Shown here piece after piece: positions 39,268-55,990 of a stretch of 64,000 nucleotides of DNA. A model generated the notes under the pieces. That model saw nothing but the letters and a program-made list of their open reading frames with translations, was not told the DNA's origin and ran no database searches. The stretch lies in the NCBI RefSeq assembly GCF_009914755.1, contig NC_060944.1. One strand, written 5' to 3'. Origin of the DNA: the human T2T-CHM13v2.0 reference genome, Homo sapiens. Made by a program: the position numbers and the translations under genes. The stretch's first letter is position 1, and each line of letters starts with the position of its first letter.

Positions 39268-40812
39268 TTATGTTTCTTAGGGGTTTACACATGTAATGTT
39301 TGTTTCCTCTCCTTAGAACATCAGCCCTATGATAACAGGGACCTTGTCGGTCTTGTTTACTTCTGTGTCCTCAGTGCCTAGACCACTGCTTTGCACACAG
39401 TAGGAGCTCAGCAAGGGCTTTTCAAGAGAATGAACACTCTGTGCAATGTCAGAGGCCTCATTCCACCTTACAGGGCAGGGAGGTCTTCCAAGGCCAGTCT
39501 GGATGGTCCCCAGGAGAGGCAGGTTTTATTTAGTTCAAAATAAGAAGAAGTTTTATGGCTGGAACATCGATTCTGCAAGGAATTGAACCCCCTGGTAATG
39601 GGGTCATTCCAGCTGGGCCCATGCTATCAGTCCCACAATGGCCCTCTCTGATTTAAGACAGTCTCTGTGCTGCTCATAGAGTCCACTCAAAGATCTATGA
39701 GGTTGGCATGTGGCTATGCCCATTGTGCAGACAGAGAAACTGAGGCCAGGGAGTGGTGACATGCTCAAGGTCACATGGTTACAAGTGGAAGAGCCTGGCT
39801 TGGAATCCAGGTCTGACTATAAAGTCTGTGTTTTTAACTCCTTCTCTGAGCCATTGACATGGGTTCCAATGCCTGCTCCACCACTTAGATGCCGTGTGAC
39901 CTGGGGCAAGTCACTTTGCTTTCTGAGCCTCAGTGTTTTGCTCCATTTAATGGGAATGCGGCCCCTTGCCTCTCAGGGCTGCTGGGGGTGGCAGGGAGGT
40001 CTGAGCCGGCACACAGATGTTCGAATCACGTGCATCCCTCTTCCCTGCCAAGCTCCTTCCTGGGTCCTTCTGCCACTGGCCCCCGTCCTGGGCTGCCGAC
40101 CCCGCCTTAGGCCAGAAGCTCCTTGGAGTCCACCCTCCAGTTCTCCCCCCGCCCACTGGGTGTTGAGTCACTCATGCCATGAGCTTCTTGCCCTCTGCCT
40201 GTGTTTTCTTCCTCCTTTTCTTGGTAAAACCACTGCCTTTTCTGATTGCTAAAGCTCCTCCTAGGGAGCAGGTGGGTGGCAGGGGAGACCCCACCATCCC
40301 ACAGAACCGTCTCCACCGCTTCCCCATCCCTCCCACTCTCACCACGCCAGGCTGAGGTCACTGAGCACGAGGCCTGGATGGCAGACATGGTCAAGGTTGG
40401 GGGTTTAATTAATCATCAGGGAGCAGGCAGGGCTCTGGCTGGTCCAGGGCCCCTTGTCTGGGTATAGGCTGGTGGGTAGACTAGGGGAGGTCAAAGTAAA
40501 TATTCTGGGAATGACGTTGCTTGCAGCCCATGGCAAACACAAACATGGAAAAGCCTATGGGGATGTGCAGTAATGGGGATGGGGTGGCAGAGGCGGGGAT
40601 GGGGTGGCAGAGACAGGGATGAGTCTTGAGAGGCTTCATGGAGGAGGTGTGTCTGGAGCCAGGTTTGTAGATGGGAGATGAAGGACATGGGTGCTGGGGC
40701 CAGCTACCCTGGGCTTGAATCTCAGCTCTGCACCTTTCCCACTGTGTGAACTTGGTCAGGTTCATGTCCCTCTCTGAACCTCAGTTTCCTCATTTTGAAA
40801 ATGGAGATGATT

Positions 40813-41136
<324 letters not shown>

Positions 41137-41929
41137 TTACATCCCCCTCACAGGGTGTGGTGATGACTGAGAGATGATGCAGATGAAGTATATAGAGCAG
41201 GGCCAGGCATATAGCTGGTGCACAATACATGCTAGCTATTTTCATTCTTACTAGTGGCATAGTAGAAAGCACTGGAATTTTAGCTTCAGACAGACCTGGG
41301 TGTACATTTCAGTGTTCTGCATCTCCCTGTTCTTGAGCAAGCTCCTCGCCTGTTTGAGCCTCAGTGTTCTCACCTGGACTTGGAGATGGTTTCACTTCAT
41401 GAGGTTTGTGGTGAGGATGAGGCATGAAATTCCTGTAGATTGCTCAGCACAGTGCTGGGCACACGGTAGGCACTCGCTAAGGAGTGGTTGGCATCCACTG
41501 GTCTATGGCCCAGTGGTTAAGGCAAGGGTTTGTATATCAGGCAGACCTGGGTCTGAGTCCTGGCTCTGCCCCCATGGGCTGCCGTGAGGATTATATAGAG
41601 CTCTAGATGTAAAGTACCCAGTTTGGTTCCTGGTACCTAACAGGTGTGTGGACAGTGGGAATAAAATCAGGATCTTTGTGACTCTGAAGACCAGTGTTAG
41701 GCCACCCCGACATCCTGGGTGGGAAGGTGACTTTCTTCCATTGAAAGGTGGGGAAGGCTCTGGCCCTTTCACGGTAAGGAAACAGTTTCAGAGAGGCGAC
41801 ATCACTAGCCTAGGTGGGCACCTGGGTCTGCTTGTCCGTAGAGCTTGTCTTTCCAAAAGGGGAAATCTCTGGGTTGAGGGTGTCCCATGGGGCCCCTTGA
41901 GTGTCACTGTGCATGCTGCTGGAACAGCC

Positions 41930-42211
41930 TTTTTTTTTAAGAGGGTCTTACTCTGTCACCCAGGCTGGAGTGCAGTGGCGCAACCACAGCTCACTGCCTC
42001 CTCAACTTCCTGGGCTCAAGTGATCCTCCCACCTCAGCCTCCCGAGTAGCTTGGGACGACAAGACTGCATCATCCGCCTGGCTAATTTTTAATTTAATTT
42101 TTTGTAGAGACAGGGTCTTGCTATGCTGCCTGGGCTGGTCTCGATCAGTGATCCTCCTGCCTCGGCCTCCCACAGTGCTGGGATTACAGGCGTGAGCCTC
42201 CACACCCTGCC
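41930..42211 (-). mobile_element. Alu (AluJ-like)
   Basis: Reverse Alu; TSD tggaacagcctttt/tggaacaccctttt. Confidence 0.9.
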
Positions 42212-43217
42212 TGGAACACCCTTTTAGTGGTTAATGAAAGCAGGTGACACATACCGTGAAGAAGGCAACTCTTGGCATGAGGTTCTGGGACCCAGCAGTG
42301 TTCAGGGCCCGCCACCCCAGACTGGGGACCAGGGCATGGCTTTGTATGTATGGGAGGTGGCTTGGGGTCTTGGGGTTGGGGCAGACCCCAAGAGGCCTGG
42401 CCTGGGCCTTTTTCCCTCTATCCAACCAGCCCCACAGCACTCTGTCCAATTGTTTATTTCTTGTTACTGTTGGGCGTTTTGAGGCATTTCTTCCAACTGT
42501 CCAGAATCCGAACCTCCTTCCTATGTGTGGAGAATTTTCTGCTGTATGAGGCAGATGTTCTGTCTCCCACAAAGGAGGCTGTGAACATGAGCCTCAGATT
42601 CTGCCCCCTGTGGCCAGAGCATGGACAATTAGCTCGGCCATCTAGGTGCACTGTCCTGGGCCCCTGGGGAGTCCATTCAGGGTCCATCCAGAGGCTTCAT
42701 TTATGCACGTCACGTCCTTCTCCTGCTCAGAATCCTCCCATAGCTCCCCATTGTCCTCAGGATAGACTTCAACTCCTGCCCGTGTCCCGCAAGATTTGAC
42801 GTGATGGAGCTCCACTGACCGCCCCTCCTCTCCCTTTCACCCCTCCAACCACAGGAACCTCCCTCAGCTAAAGTCAATATGCCGAGCTGGTACCTGCTTC
42901 AGGGCCTGTACGTTTGTTGTTTCTTCTGTTACTATATCTCATTTCACAGGTGAGGAAATGGGGCTGGAGGAGGGGAGAAGGAAACAGGGCGTGGTGGAAG
43001 GAGAACTCCAACTGAGGTTGGGCTGGCCTTGGCCTGGGCCTCAGCCTTGTGGTAATCACAATCCACGCCAGAGACTGCCTCCTCCAGGAAGTCAAAACAG
43101 ATCCTTTTTGTAGACGGATCCCTCTCCTTGCCTCTGCTCAGCCTGACTTAGGCATTCTCTCGGGCATTTGGGTGTGTGTGTGTGGAGGTGACATTGCCCC
43201 CACAGGGGTGGAAATTA

Positions 43218-44000
<783 letters not shown>

Positions 44001-44008
44001 TTTACAAG

Positions 44009-44639
<631 letters not shown>

Positions 44640-45575
44640 TAAGTTAAGTGTATTCACTCGACTCACCTCAACTCTCTCGACTCACAGTAGACCCCCACTG
44701 TGATTGCCACCTGCCTTCCCCAGACAGCCTCCAAGCCTTGCAGAGAAGGAGTTAGCCTCCAGGTGTTCCCAGTTTAGCTGGGGACCCTGACATGTCCTTT
44801 CAGCTGGTGCTGTCATATGGGAAACACAGGGCACCGCATGAGCAGTCTGTGGCAGCCCCAGAAAGCCCCAGATGGTTCCCCACAGAAGGAAGAGTCAGCG
44901 CAGGCAGAACAGTGGGAGGAAGGGTGTCCTGGGCAGAGGGAACAGCACGTGCAAAGTGGCCGAGGCAGGGTGGATGGAACCCTCTGAGACCCAGAGGTTG
45001 CTCCAGCTGGAGGGAGGAGTGGAGAATGAGGATGGTGTAAGTGTGGCCGGGGGACAGGCACAATCCCCCAGGGAGGACCTGGCCTGGACAGGGGGAGACA
45101 CTGCAGTACTGAGCAGAGAAGTGTCATTTTAAACACCTTCCTGGCTGCTGGGGGACGCATAGAGCTCAGAGGTGAGACTGGACTTATTGTGTAGGGACAG
45201 AGCCGAGAAATCCAGCGCTAGGGGGCTGGTGGGGAGCAGACAGGTGGGGAGCTTAAGGAGAGAGTTTAGGAAATTAACCATAAAAATGACCAGAAATTGA
45301 GCACTTATTCTGGTCCAGTCCTTGTTTCCTTACCTTACAGGTATCAATGAATTTAATCCTCACAACGATTCCATGAGGTAGGTATTATTATCAACCCTAT
45401 TTTGTAGATGAGGAAACTGAGGCCCAGAGAGGCCAAGACATCCTAAGGAGCGGAACTGGGACCTGAACACAGGCTTTGGTGCTCCAGAGGCCTCAGGAGC
45501 AGCCGGACATCTTATGCAAAATGCCCATGGCAGGTGCCTCCTGGAGGCCGGCCCCTGCCCCCCAGCACACAGTAG

Positions 45576-46690
<1,115 letters not shown>

Positions 46691-48384
46691 TGGATGGAAA
46701 GAGCTTAAAAATGTAGGTGTGGAGAGGAGGACTGGCAGGCCTGGGCCCAGGCTGGGGCTGAGGCCTCCTCTCCTGGGTCTCCCTGCCCGGAGGAGGGGCC
46801 CCTGCCAGGGCAGGAGGGTGGGTGTTGGGGGCAGGGAGCAGGGCTGGGCGAGCCTTCTCTGTTCCACTGTTTTCATCCTTTCGGTAATTATGGGCTCAGA
46901 CACTCCTCGATGCCTTCCCAGAATAATAGCCGGGCCTGTTATCAGTGGCATCTCTGGGACCTTCTCACAAACAGTCATTAATCAAGTCTCACTGCCACCC
47001 TGCCCTCCCTCTTGGTTGAAGCCGAGGCACAGAGAGGTAAGGCCATTTTCCTAGTGCCACACAGCTGACGCAGGGAGGATGGGCTGTTTTGCCCTGAACC
47101 CTAAGGTGCAGGGTAGGGGCTCCTTCTCCCTGTTCCACGTGGGAGAAGTCTCTGAGCCTGCCATGACTGGGGGGCCCTGCCCCCAATTTCAGGCCCCCAG
47201 CCCTCCTTGAGGCCTCAGGGGCCTCCCAAGGTGGCCTCTTAATCATTGCCAGTTAATTAAGGAGGTTAAGCAGCTCCCCGGGGCCGAGGCAGGCCTGCCC
47301 AGGGAGAGAGGTGGCAGGGCCCGGACTGCATCTCACACTGAGGCCCCTGCTTCCCAGCCTGAGTCTGGCATGGGCGTTGTGTCTCTGTGGTGCCCATCAC
47401 CGGACCTGGGGGTCTCTGGGGGAGGCGTGGGGCCTCCGATGGGGCCATAGAGTTCCATTGCTTGGGCAGTGCCCCCTCCCCTTCTTCGGGGGTGTGTGGG
47501 AGGTGCTGGCATCACTTAATGAGGCCTCCGCGGCTGCCAAGGAGAGCTGGAGGAGTTGAAACAGGTTCTGGGTGGGGTGAGTTTCGTGGGCTGGGCAGAA
47601 TCCATGGCTCCATGCCATGTGGGCGCTCCCCAGGGCAGTGGGGGTGGGCAGGTGTGGGACCCCCAAATGGCCCCTGTGTCCAGCCCTCTGCCCTGATGGG
47701 TGGGAGCAGAGGAAGCTTGGGAGGGGATTGTGGAGATGACAGAGGATGACAGACAGGAATGGAGGTTCACATCCCACCCTCCTAGGCCCCCCACTGCCCA
47801 GCCTGTGGGGACCACACCAAGACCCACCATGCTGGCAGCATCTGGGGCTCCGGAGACATTGCTAATGTGTGCTCTGACACAGACTTGGGCCTCGGTCTTC
47901 TGACCTGAGAAATAGGGGTGGTTGGATGGGATAATCTTGGGCTCGGAGCTTTAGTTTCGGAATGACCCATCTATAGCAGAGCTGCCTGACTTGCTGTGCG
48001 ACCTTAGGCAAGTCGCTTTCTTCCTCTGGGCCTGTGCAGCTCCGGCTGTGACCCCGTGGTGGTGGGGTGGACGCAGTGATCCTTATCTCCGCTGAGGTTG
48101 CCAGTGCTTCGCAAGGGGCACCTAGACTGCTTTCTCCAGGATTCTTCCAGCAAGGAAATCATTCAGTGCATCTCTCCCGGCCCTGGGGAAGCACCGAGGC
48201 TCTGGATTCAGGCCAGGGAGGTTTAGAAGGAAGCTCCCCAAGGCCAGGCTGTGGGTCCTGGGGTCTGGAGGGCAGCCCTTCTGTGTTACTGAATCCTCGG
48301 GGCCACTTCAGGCTCAGGTGAGGCTGGATCAAGGCGGGACCCAGAGCCCATGGGGGCCCCGTGGGTTCTTTGTCTTTCCCACTG

Positions 48385-49060
48385 TTTTTTCAGGTCACTT
48401 TTATGGATATATAATTTATATACAGCACGATTCACCCTTTCGTGGTGTGCAGTTCTATGAATCTTGAGAAACGTATACAGTTGTATAACCAGCACCATCA
48501 AGATACACAATATTCCATCACAGCAAAAAGTTCCTTGGTGCCTCCTTTGTTATCAATCCCTTTCCTACTCCCAGCCTCTGGCAACTACCGATCTCCCCCA
48601 ACTTTTTATTTTGAAAAATTTCAGACTTGGAGAAAAATGCCAAAACTTCACAATGGGCCACCAAGTGTCCCTTCCCCCAGAATCCCCGACTGCGAACACC
48701 TGGCCCCATGTGCATTCTTGGTCTTCCTCTGTGTGATTTTTGCTGAGCTGTTTGAGAGTAAGTTGCAGACATCCTTACCCTTCACCCTAATTACTTCAGC
48801 GTGTGCCTCCGAAGGACAAGAGTGTTCTCCCACGTAACCATAGTGCCAAGATCACTCCTGAGAAATTTAGCATTGATTCAATTACATTACCTAGTCTCCA
48901 GGCCATGTTCAAATGACTTGGACTGCTCCAAAGTGCCCTTTATAACCATTTTTCATCTGTTTTTTTTCTTTATTTTTCCTGGTACCAAGGGTTAGGCCCT
49001 GCCTTTGGTGGCACATCTCTTTAGTGTCCTTTTATCTGGGACATGGAACATTCTCCCGGC
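48385..49060 (-). mobile_element. Old L1 (L1M-type) fragments
   Basis: atataatttatatacagcacgattcaccc...gtgcagttctatgaat...ataaccagcaccatcaagatacacaatattccatcac. Confidence 0.65.
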
Positions 49061-49073
49061 TCTTGCTTGACTC

Positions 49074-49156
49074 CTTTTTTTTTTTTTTTTTTTTGAGACG
49101 GAGTCTCGCTCTGTTGCCCAGGCTGGAGTGCAGTGGTGCGATCCCGGCTCACTGCA
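49074..49156 (-). mobile_element. Heavily 5'-truncated Alu
   Basis: polyT plus about 60 bp of Alu 3' end; TSD TTGCTTGACT at 49063-49072 and 49157-49166. Confidence 0.9.
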
Positions 49157-50265
49157 TTGCTTGACTTTTTTTAAAAACCACTCTCATGGTTTCCTATACC
49201 AGGAACTGCCAGGGGAATTCCCTGGGGATGTGAGTGCCAGGAAACGGGGGCTGCTGACTTGGGGGACATGGGATGTTCTTAGGGTTTTTTCTGAAAAGTC
49301 TTGTTTAAAAGTAAAGTGGCAGTAGAAGGAGAGAGAGACTTGGGTTCATTGGCTCAACTTTTAAGAATGCTGAAAATTCAAAGCAAAAAGAGACACTACC
49401 CAATTTGCAATTGAGAGGCATCTCTAGTCCTGTGGTTGAGGTTCAAATCCCAGCTCTGCCTCCCCTTGGCTGTGAGCCCTTGGTCAGGTAACTTCACTTC
49501 TAGAGCCTCTGTTTCCTCATCTGTGCGATGAGGATAATAGCAGTCTGTCCACCTTGCCCTGTTGTTGTCAGGAAATGAATCAATGCATTTAGTGCGTGAA
49601 TAGTAGCAACTTCATTTGCTAATTTGCTGATAGTATTTTTAGACATTTCTCTCTATAGTTACAGATATATGTGGGATATACTTACAGAGACAGCTCATGG
49701 ATATATGTGAATCATGCATTATATAAATTAGGCCATCTTCTTTTCTCTCAATACTTTATCACAAGCATTTTCCTATATCCACAAATGGAGCACTTGCGCA
49801 TCGTGTATAACTTTAACTCATTTTGTCCATAGATAATACCATGTGGCACCAAATACCAAAGGTACAACAAGCGTGCAGTGAAAAGCCAGTCTCCCTCTTA
49901 CATTTGTCTTCACCCTCTCAGCTCCTCACTGTGACAGTCTTTTGTGTTGCTTTTCAGAAGGGTTCTGTGAACATGTGGGCAAAAGCATGTATTTGCTTTG
50001 CTTTCTTACAGATATCAGAGGACTCTACACACTAGTTCTGTGCCTTGTGATTTTCAGCAACAGTAGATCTTGATGATATCAGTACGTAGAGAGCACCCTC
50101 CTTTTTCAAGGCTGTGTGGCGTTCCATGGTGGACACAGAGCAGGATGTAAACAGCCAGTTCCTTAGTGATGGTGGCTTGCAGGCTTTTGCCATGACAAAT
50201 TGCAACTGTGTTCTTGTGCAAGTATATCCATAGGGTACATCCTAGAAGTGGAATTGCTGCATCAA

Positions 50266-50539
<274 letters not shown>

Positions 50540-50542
50540 TCA

Positions 50543-50854
<312 letters not shown>

Positions 50855-51086
50855 TGCCACCATCATTTGTAATAGCTGCACAGATCCTAGTGTATTTAAC
50901 AGTACCCTACTGGTGGACATTTAGGTGGTTCCAACTTGCCCTTCCTATAAACAATGCCACAATGCACATCTTTGTGCAGCCGCCTTTGTGTGCAGGACAG
51001 TCAGCTTATGGGGAATTCCCGGGATCAACAGGAAGTACCAAGAAGGGGAAACTGAACCGCAGGGGCCAGCATGACCCCAAGGCCTG

Positions 51087-51141
51087 TGGGTATGGATGGT
51101 GGCTGGACTGGTTGGATGGGTATGGATGGTGGCTGGACTGG
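51087..51141. repeat. 30-bp tandem duplication
   Basis: tgggtatggatggtggctggactgg at 51087 and 51117. Confidence 0.85.
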
Positions 51142-51204
51142 CTAGAGGCTTCTGGGCTCTCCCTGTCCCCGGTGTGGCCAAAGGGTCCTAGAGTACTGGA
51201 CTCC

Positions 51205-51700
51205 TCTAGATCCTCACTGCTCAAGGTGTGGCCTGGGAGCCACAGCATTGACCCTACCTGGGAGTCTATTAGAAATGCAGGGTCTGGGTCCCCCCTACCC
51301 CAAAACCCTGTTAAATCAGGACCAACATTTTCTTTCTTTCTTTTTTGAGACGGGCTCTCCCTCTGCTGCCCAGGCTGGAGTGCAGTGGCGTGATCTCTGC
51401 TCACCGCAACCTCTGCCTCCTGGTTCAAGCAACTCTCCTGCCTCAGCCTCCCGAGTAACTGAGATTACACGTGCACGTCACCATCCCTGGCTAATTTTTG
51501 TATTTTTAGTAGAGACAGGTTTCGCCATGTTGGCCAGGCTGGTCTCAAACTCCTGATCTCAAGTGATCCACCTGCCTCAGCCTCCCAACCAAAGTGCTGG
51601 GATTACAGGCATGAGCCACAGCGCCCAGCCTAGGATGGACATTTTTACAAGTCTGCAAGGGATTCACCAGCACAGCTGAAAATGAGAAGAGCTGCCCTAA
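51205..51700. mobile_element. MER5A-like hAT element split by an Alu
   Basis: ctgctcaaggtgtggcc...cctgggagtctattagaaatgcag on the left; catttttacaag...gggattc...gagaagagctgccct on the right. Confidence 0.6.
51328..51629 (-). mobile_element. Alu (AluS-like)
   Basis: Full reverse Alu. Confidence 0.93.
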
Positions 51701-52446
51701 AACAAACCTAGACACTCCAAGACTGGAGAGAATGGCTCAGCCTTGGGTCTGGGGCGGGCCTGAGGTCACACCTGGCTTCACCGCCTGCTGGCTGTGTGAT
51801 GGAATGCAAGCCGGCCAACCTCTCTGTGCCTCGGTTTTCTCATCTTTAAAACAAGGAATGAGAGGATCCCTCCTCTCACAGGGAGGTTGTGAGAATCAAG
51901 CATGATCGTTCACAGAAAAGCGTTTAGCACAGTGTCCGCACTTAGCAAATGCTCACCCAACCCTGTGATTTTGATGGTTATGGAGGCTCACGTTACGGAA
52001 GGCGATGCGGGAGTCAGATCTGTCTGAGTTTTGGTTTCTGCTCTCTCCATCTCTGTCACTGTCACTCTCCCCGTGTCTCTCCAGCCCTGTTGTCTCTTCA
52101 TATCCGCTTATTTCTCTCTGTTCCGCCACCGCCCGCTTCCTCTGTCTCGGTCTCCTTCTTCCTGTCTCTCAGGGTCTTTGTCCTCATTTCCACCTGGCCA
52201 TAGGAGCTTTGCAAGCATCTGTGAAAATGCTAAACATCGGGAAAAATGGAGCTAACTACAATGATAAAAGTGCAAACTAAAAATTAACAATACTAGAAAA
52301 GCAAAACTATACTATTATAAAAACTCAAAAACAGTAACAAAAATTATGTTTTTGGTAGGTCGTGGGGCTTTTCCAGCCCATTTGATGGGTAGTGGCTTGG
52401 AGCTGCAGGGCTGCGGGGCCCTGCTGGGGGTTGCCTCTCTTTCCTG

Positions 52447-52799
<353 letters not shown>

Positions 52800-52899
52800 T
52801 GATTCAGTGGAGATCTGGCCTCAGCTGGTCACTGATCCCCTTCTCTGTCCTTTCCTCACTGCATGGCCCTGGGAAGGCACAGCCACTGATCTATGTTCT

Positions 52900-53260
52900 T
52901 CCAACTCATTTACTAAGTGCCTACAACACCAGGCCCTGGGACACAACACCGAACAAGATAGACACAATCTCCGCCTTTTGGTGCTTATGTTCTAGGACGG
53001 TGTGCATGTGACAGATGATATGGATATGAGTGAATAAACATGCGGAACAATTGTATGGTGCTAAGTTGTGGTTGTGTGATAGAGAAAGGCGTGGGGCTGC
53101 TTTGCACTGGGGATGAGGGTGGGGATCTGGGAGGATGACTCTGGCCGAATTTAGAGACTAGAATGATGAGAAGGAGCTGGGCCTGGGAATAGCTGGAAGA
53201 AGGACATTCCAGGCAGAGGGAACTGCAAGTGCAAAGGCTCTGAGGCAGGGACAAACTTGG
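52900..53260 (-). mobile_element. L2 fragment
   Basis: catttactaagtgcctac...ggacattccaggcagagggaactgcaagtgcaaaggctctgaggcagg. Confidence 0.7.
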
Positions 53261-54135
53261 GGGTCAGTCATGATTGGGAGATCTTGGAGGAGGAAAAGAT
53301 CTCAAGAGAAAGACAGTCTTTCTTTGCTGAGTGTCTCAAGCAAGTTACTTGCCCTCTCTAAGCCTTAGTTTCCCCCTGTGTAAAATGGGAATGTTAAAGA
53401 CACAATCCCAAGAGATGAGTGAGTTTTAAATCCAGTGGTGGGCCAGAATTTCTATACTGGAGGGTCTTAGGGGATGGTTGGGCTATGGGGTGATTTGTCT
53501 TGAATTTGTGGGCTTAGCAGCACTACTCTTTTTACTTGGTTTACTTGGGCGGCTTTGGGGGGTGATGATGGAGATTATTTGTGGTTGCAAGTGATGCCCC
53601 AATTTCCCCATGGCCGAGCCCCTGATTTCAGGAGTTAATAGCCTACAGCACTCGGCACAGTGCCTGGCACAGAGCAAGTAGACAGGAATGGGGAGGGCAT
53701 TCCAGGTGGGAGGAAAGGCGTGGAGATGGGAATGTTTAAGGCGTGTTAGGGGAAGAGTGAGGAGACCAGCCTGGCTGGTGGGGACGGGTGAGTGAGAGGC
53801 TGGAAAGACGGGTTGAGGACCAGGATGAGACCTCGAATGGCATGCAAAGGAGGGTGGCCACAGCCCGGAGGCAGGAGGAAGCCACTGTGAGCTCTGGAGC
53901 AGGAGAAGCCGTGGAAATAGGCTTTGTTTCTGGTTTGATTCTCAATATTTTTAATGTTTTACTATTCAAAAAAATTTAAAGGATAAGAACAGAAGTTTCC
54001 ACGCAGCTATCACTCAACTGCCTGGAAACTTATGTTCTTCTGTGTTCTTTTCTTCCTTAAAAGGAACCACCCCAATATAGGGGATCCCCCCATATCCCTG
54101 CCCAGAAGGATCTCTCTTAGAAGTCACTGCAACCT

Positions 54136-54243
54136 GTGAGCTGAGATTGCACCACCGCACTCCAGTCTGGGCGACGGAGCAAGACTCCGTCTCAAAAAAC
54201 AAAACAAAACAAAACAAAAAACAAAAAATAAACAACAAAAAAA
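54136..54243 (+). mobile_element. Heavily 5'-truncated Alu
   Basis: Alu 3' end with (CAAAA)n tail; TSD AGTCACTGCAACCTG at 54122-54136 and 54246-54260. Confidence 0.9.
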
Positions 54244-54360
54244 CCAGTCACTGCAACCTGGATTTGATGCTCGTGATTTCCCTGTGTGTCTTTATCCTTC
54301 TCTTGTTGGTTTGATGAAGGTATCCACCTGGTTTGATGGAGGTGTAAATGCACACAGTAA

Positions 54361-54607
<247 letters not shown>

Positions 54608-55100
54608 AAATGCACAAATCTTAATTGTAGTTTGATGGTCATGGGATCACACCAGATCAAGATGTAGAACATTCCTAGCCTCCAGGGGCTCCCTTCAAAG
54701 GTAACTACTGGTCTGATTCCTATTACGATAGATTGGTTTTGCCTATTCTTGAACTTCATATAAGTGAGCCCATTCAGTCTGTGCTCTTTTGTATCAGGCA
54801 CTTTCACTTAAACTCATCCAATGAGGTCTATCCAAGTTTTGTGTCTGTTTTCACGGCTGTGGAGTATTCCATTGTCTAACTAGACCACAGTTTGTTGAAT
54901 CACCCTATGGTCAACAGAGATGGGGGTTGTTTCCAGTTTCCACTATTTTGAATAGTGCTGCTGTGAACCTTCTCTTACACATCCGACAGTAGACATAAGC
55001 AGGCATTTCCCTTAGTCTATATCCAGGAATGGAATTGCTAGATGATGAGATATGCACATGCTTGGTTTTTGTAGCTATGGCCAGTTTCCCAAAGCAGTTG

Positions 55101-55116
55101 TAGGACATCTTTAGAC

Positions 55117-55168
<52 letters not shown>

Positions 55169-55178
55169 ACAGACACAC
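55101..55178. repeat. (CA)n microsatellite
   Basis: Long AC run ending in acagacacacagacacac; the run starts at about 55121. Confidence 0.9.
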
Positions 55179-55639
55179 GTGGAATCCCTGAGGGATTCGG
55201 GGAGCTGCTTTGGGTTGTGGGTGGGATTGTACAGATGGCGTCCCTTGTACATTTGCTTCTGCATCCTGCTTTTTTTCCACCCGATGTTCTGTTCTGGAGT
55301 TCCGTCCCCGTTGGCGGAGTGGCTTGGGTGCATCTATTGGTTGTCCCTGTGGGCTTTGTCGTGGGGACAGACCACAGTGCTCTTCCTCAGGCTTCTGCTC
55401 CTGGACATTTAGCTTATTCCCGACTGGGACTCTCTTTTTGGCTTTTCATGAATATCCGTTATGCGTTGGGTGAGGCCAGCTAGGACTGGCCGAGGTGCAG
55501 GGTGGACATTGGGTCTATCGTGGTGGGAGATGGGGACGAGGGGCTGGTGGCACAGATGGTTTCAAGGGACTTTTAGGGAACTTGGTTATGGTGGGGGAAG
55601 AAAGAAACAAGACGGGGGCCTTGGGGGCCAGAAGCCCAG

Positions 55640-55990
55640 GTTTAAATCCCTGGTCCCCCCTCCTAGCTGTGTGACCTTGGGCATGTGACTTTGCGGCTTG
55701 GAGCCTCAGTTACCTCATCTGTAATTTGGGAACATCAACCCTGCCTGATAAGACGGTTGTGAGGGTTGAGTGAGCACAGACATTCAGTGGACCTGGCTAG
55801 GATTTGAACCCCTTTATTAACTGATTGACCTCGGGCAAGTTGCTTCACCTGAACCTCAGTTTCCTCATCTGTAAAATGGGGATGATAATAATACCTGCCT
55901 CCCAGCAATTTTATGATGATGAAATGAGATTTCGGACATAAAGCACTTACTAGATGCTCAATACCTGGCGGTCTCTTGTTATTATTACTA
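55640..55990. mobile_element. Two tandem MIR fragments
   Basis: gctgtgtgaccttgggc...cctcagttacctcatctgtaa, then cctcagtttcctcatctgtaaaatggggatgataata. Confidence 0.75.
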
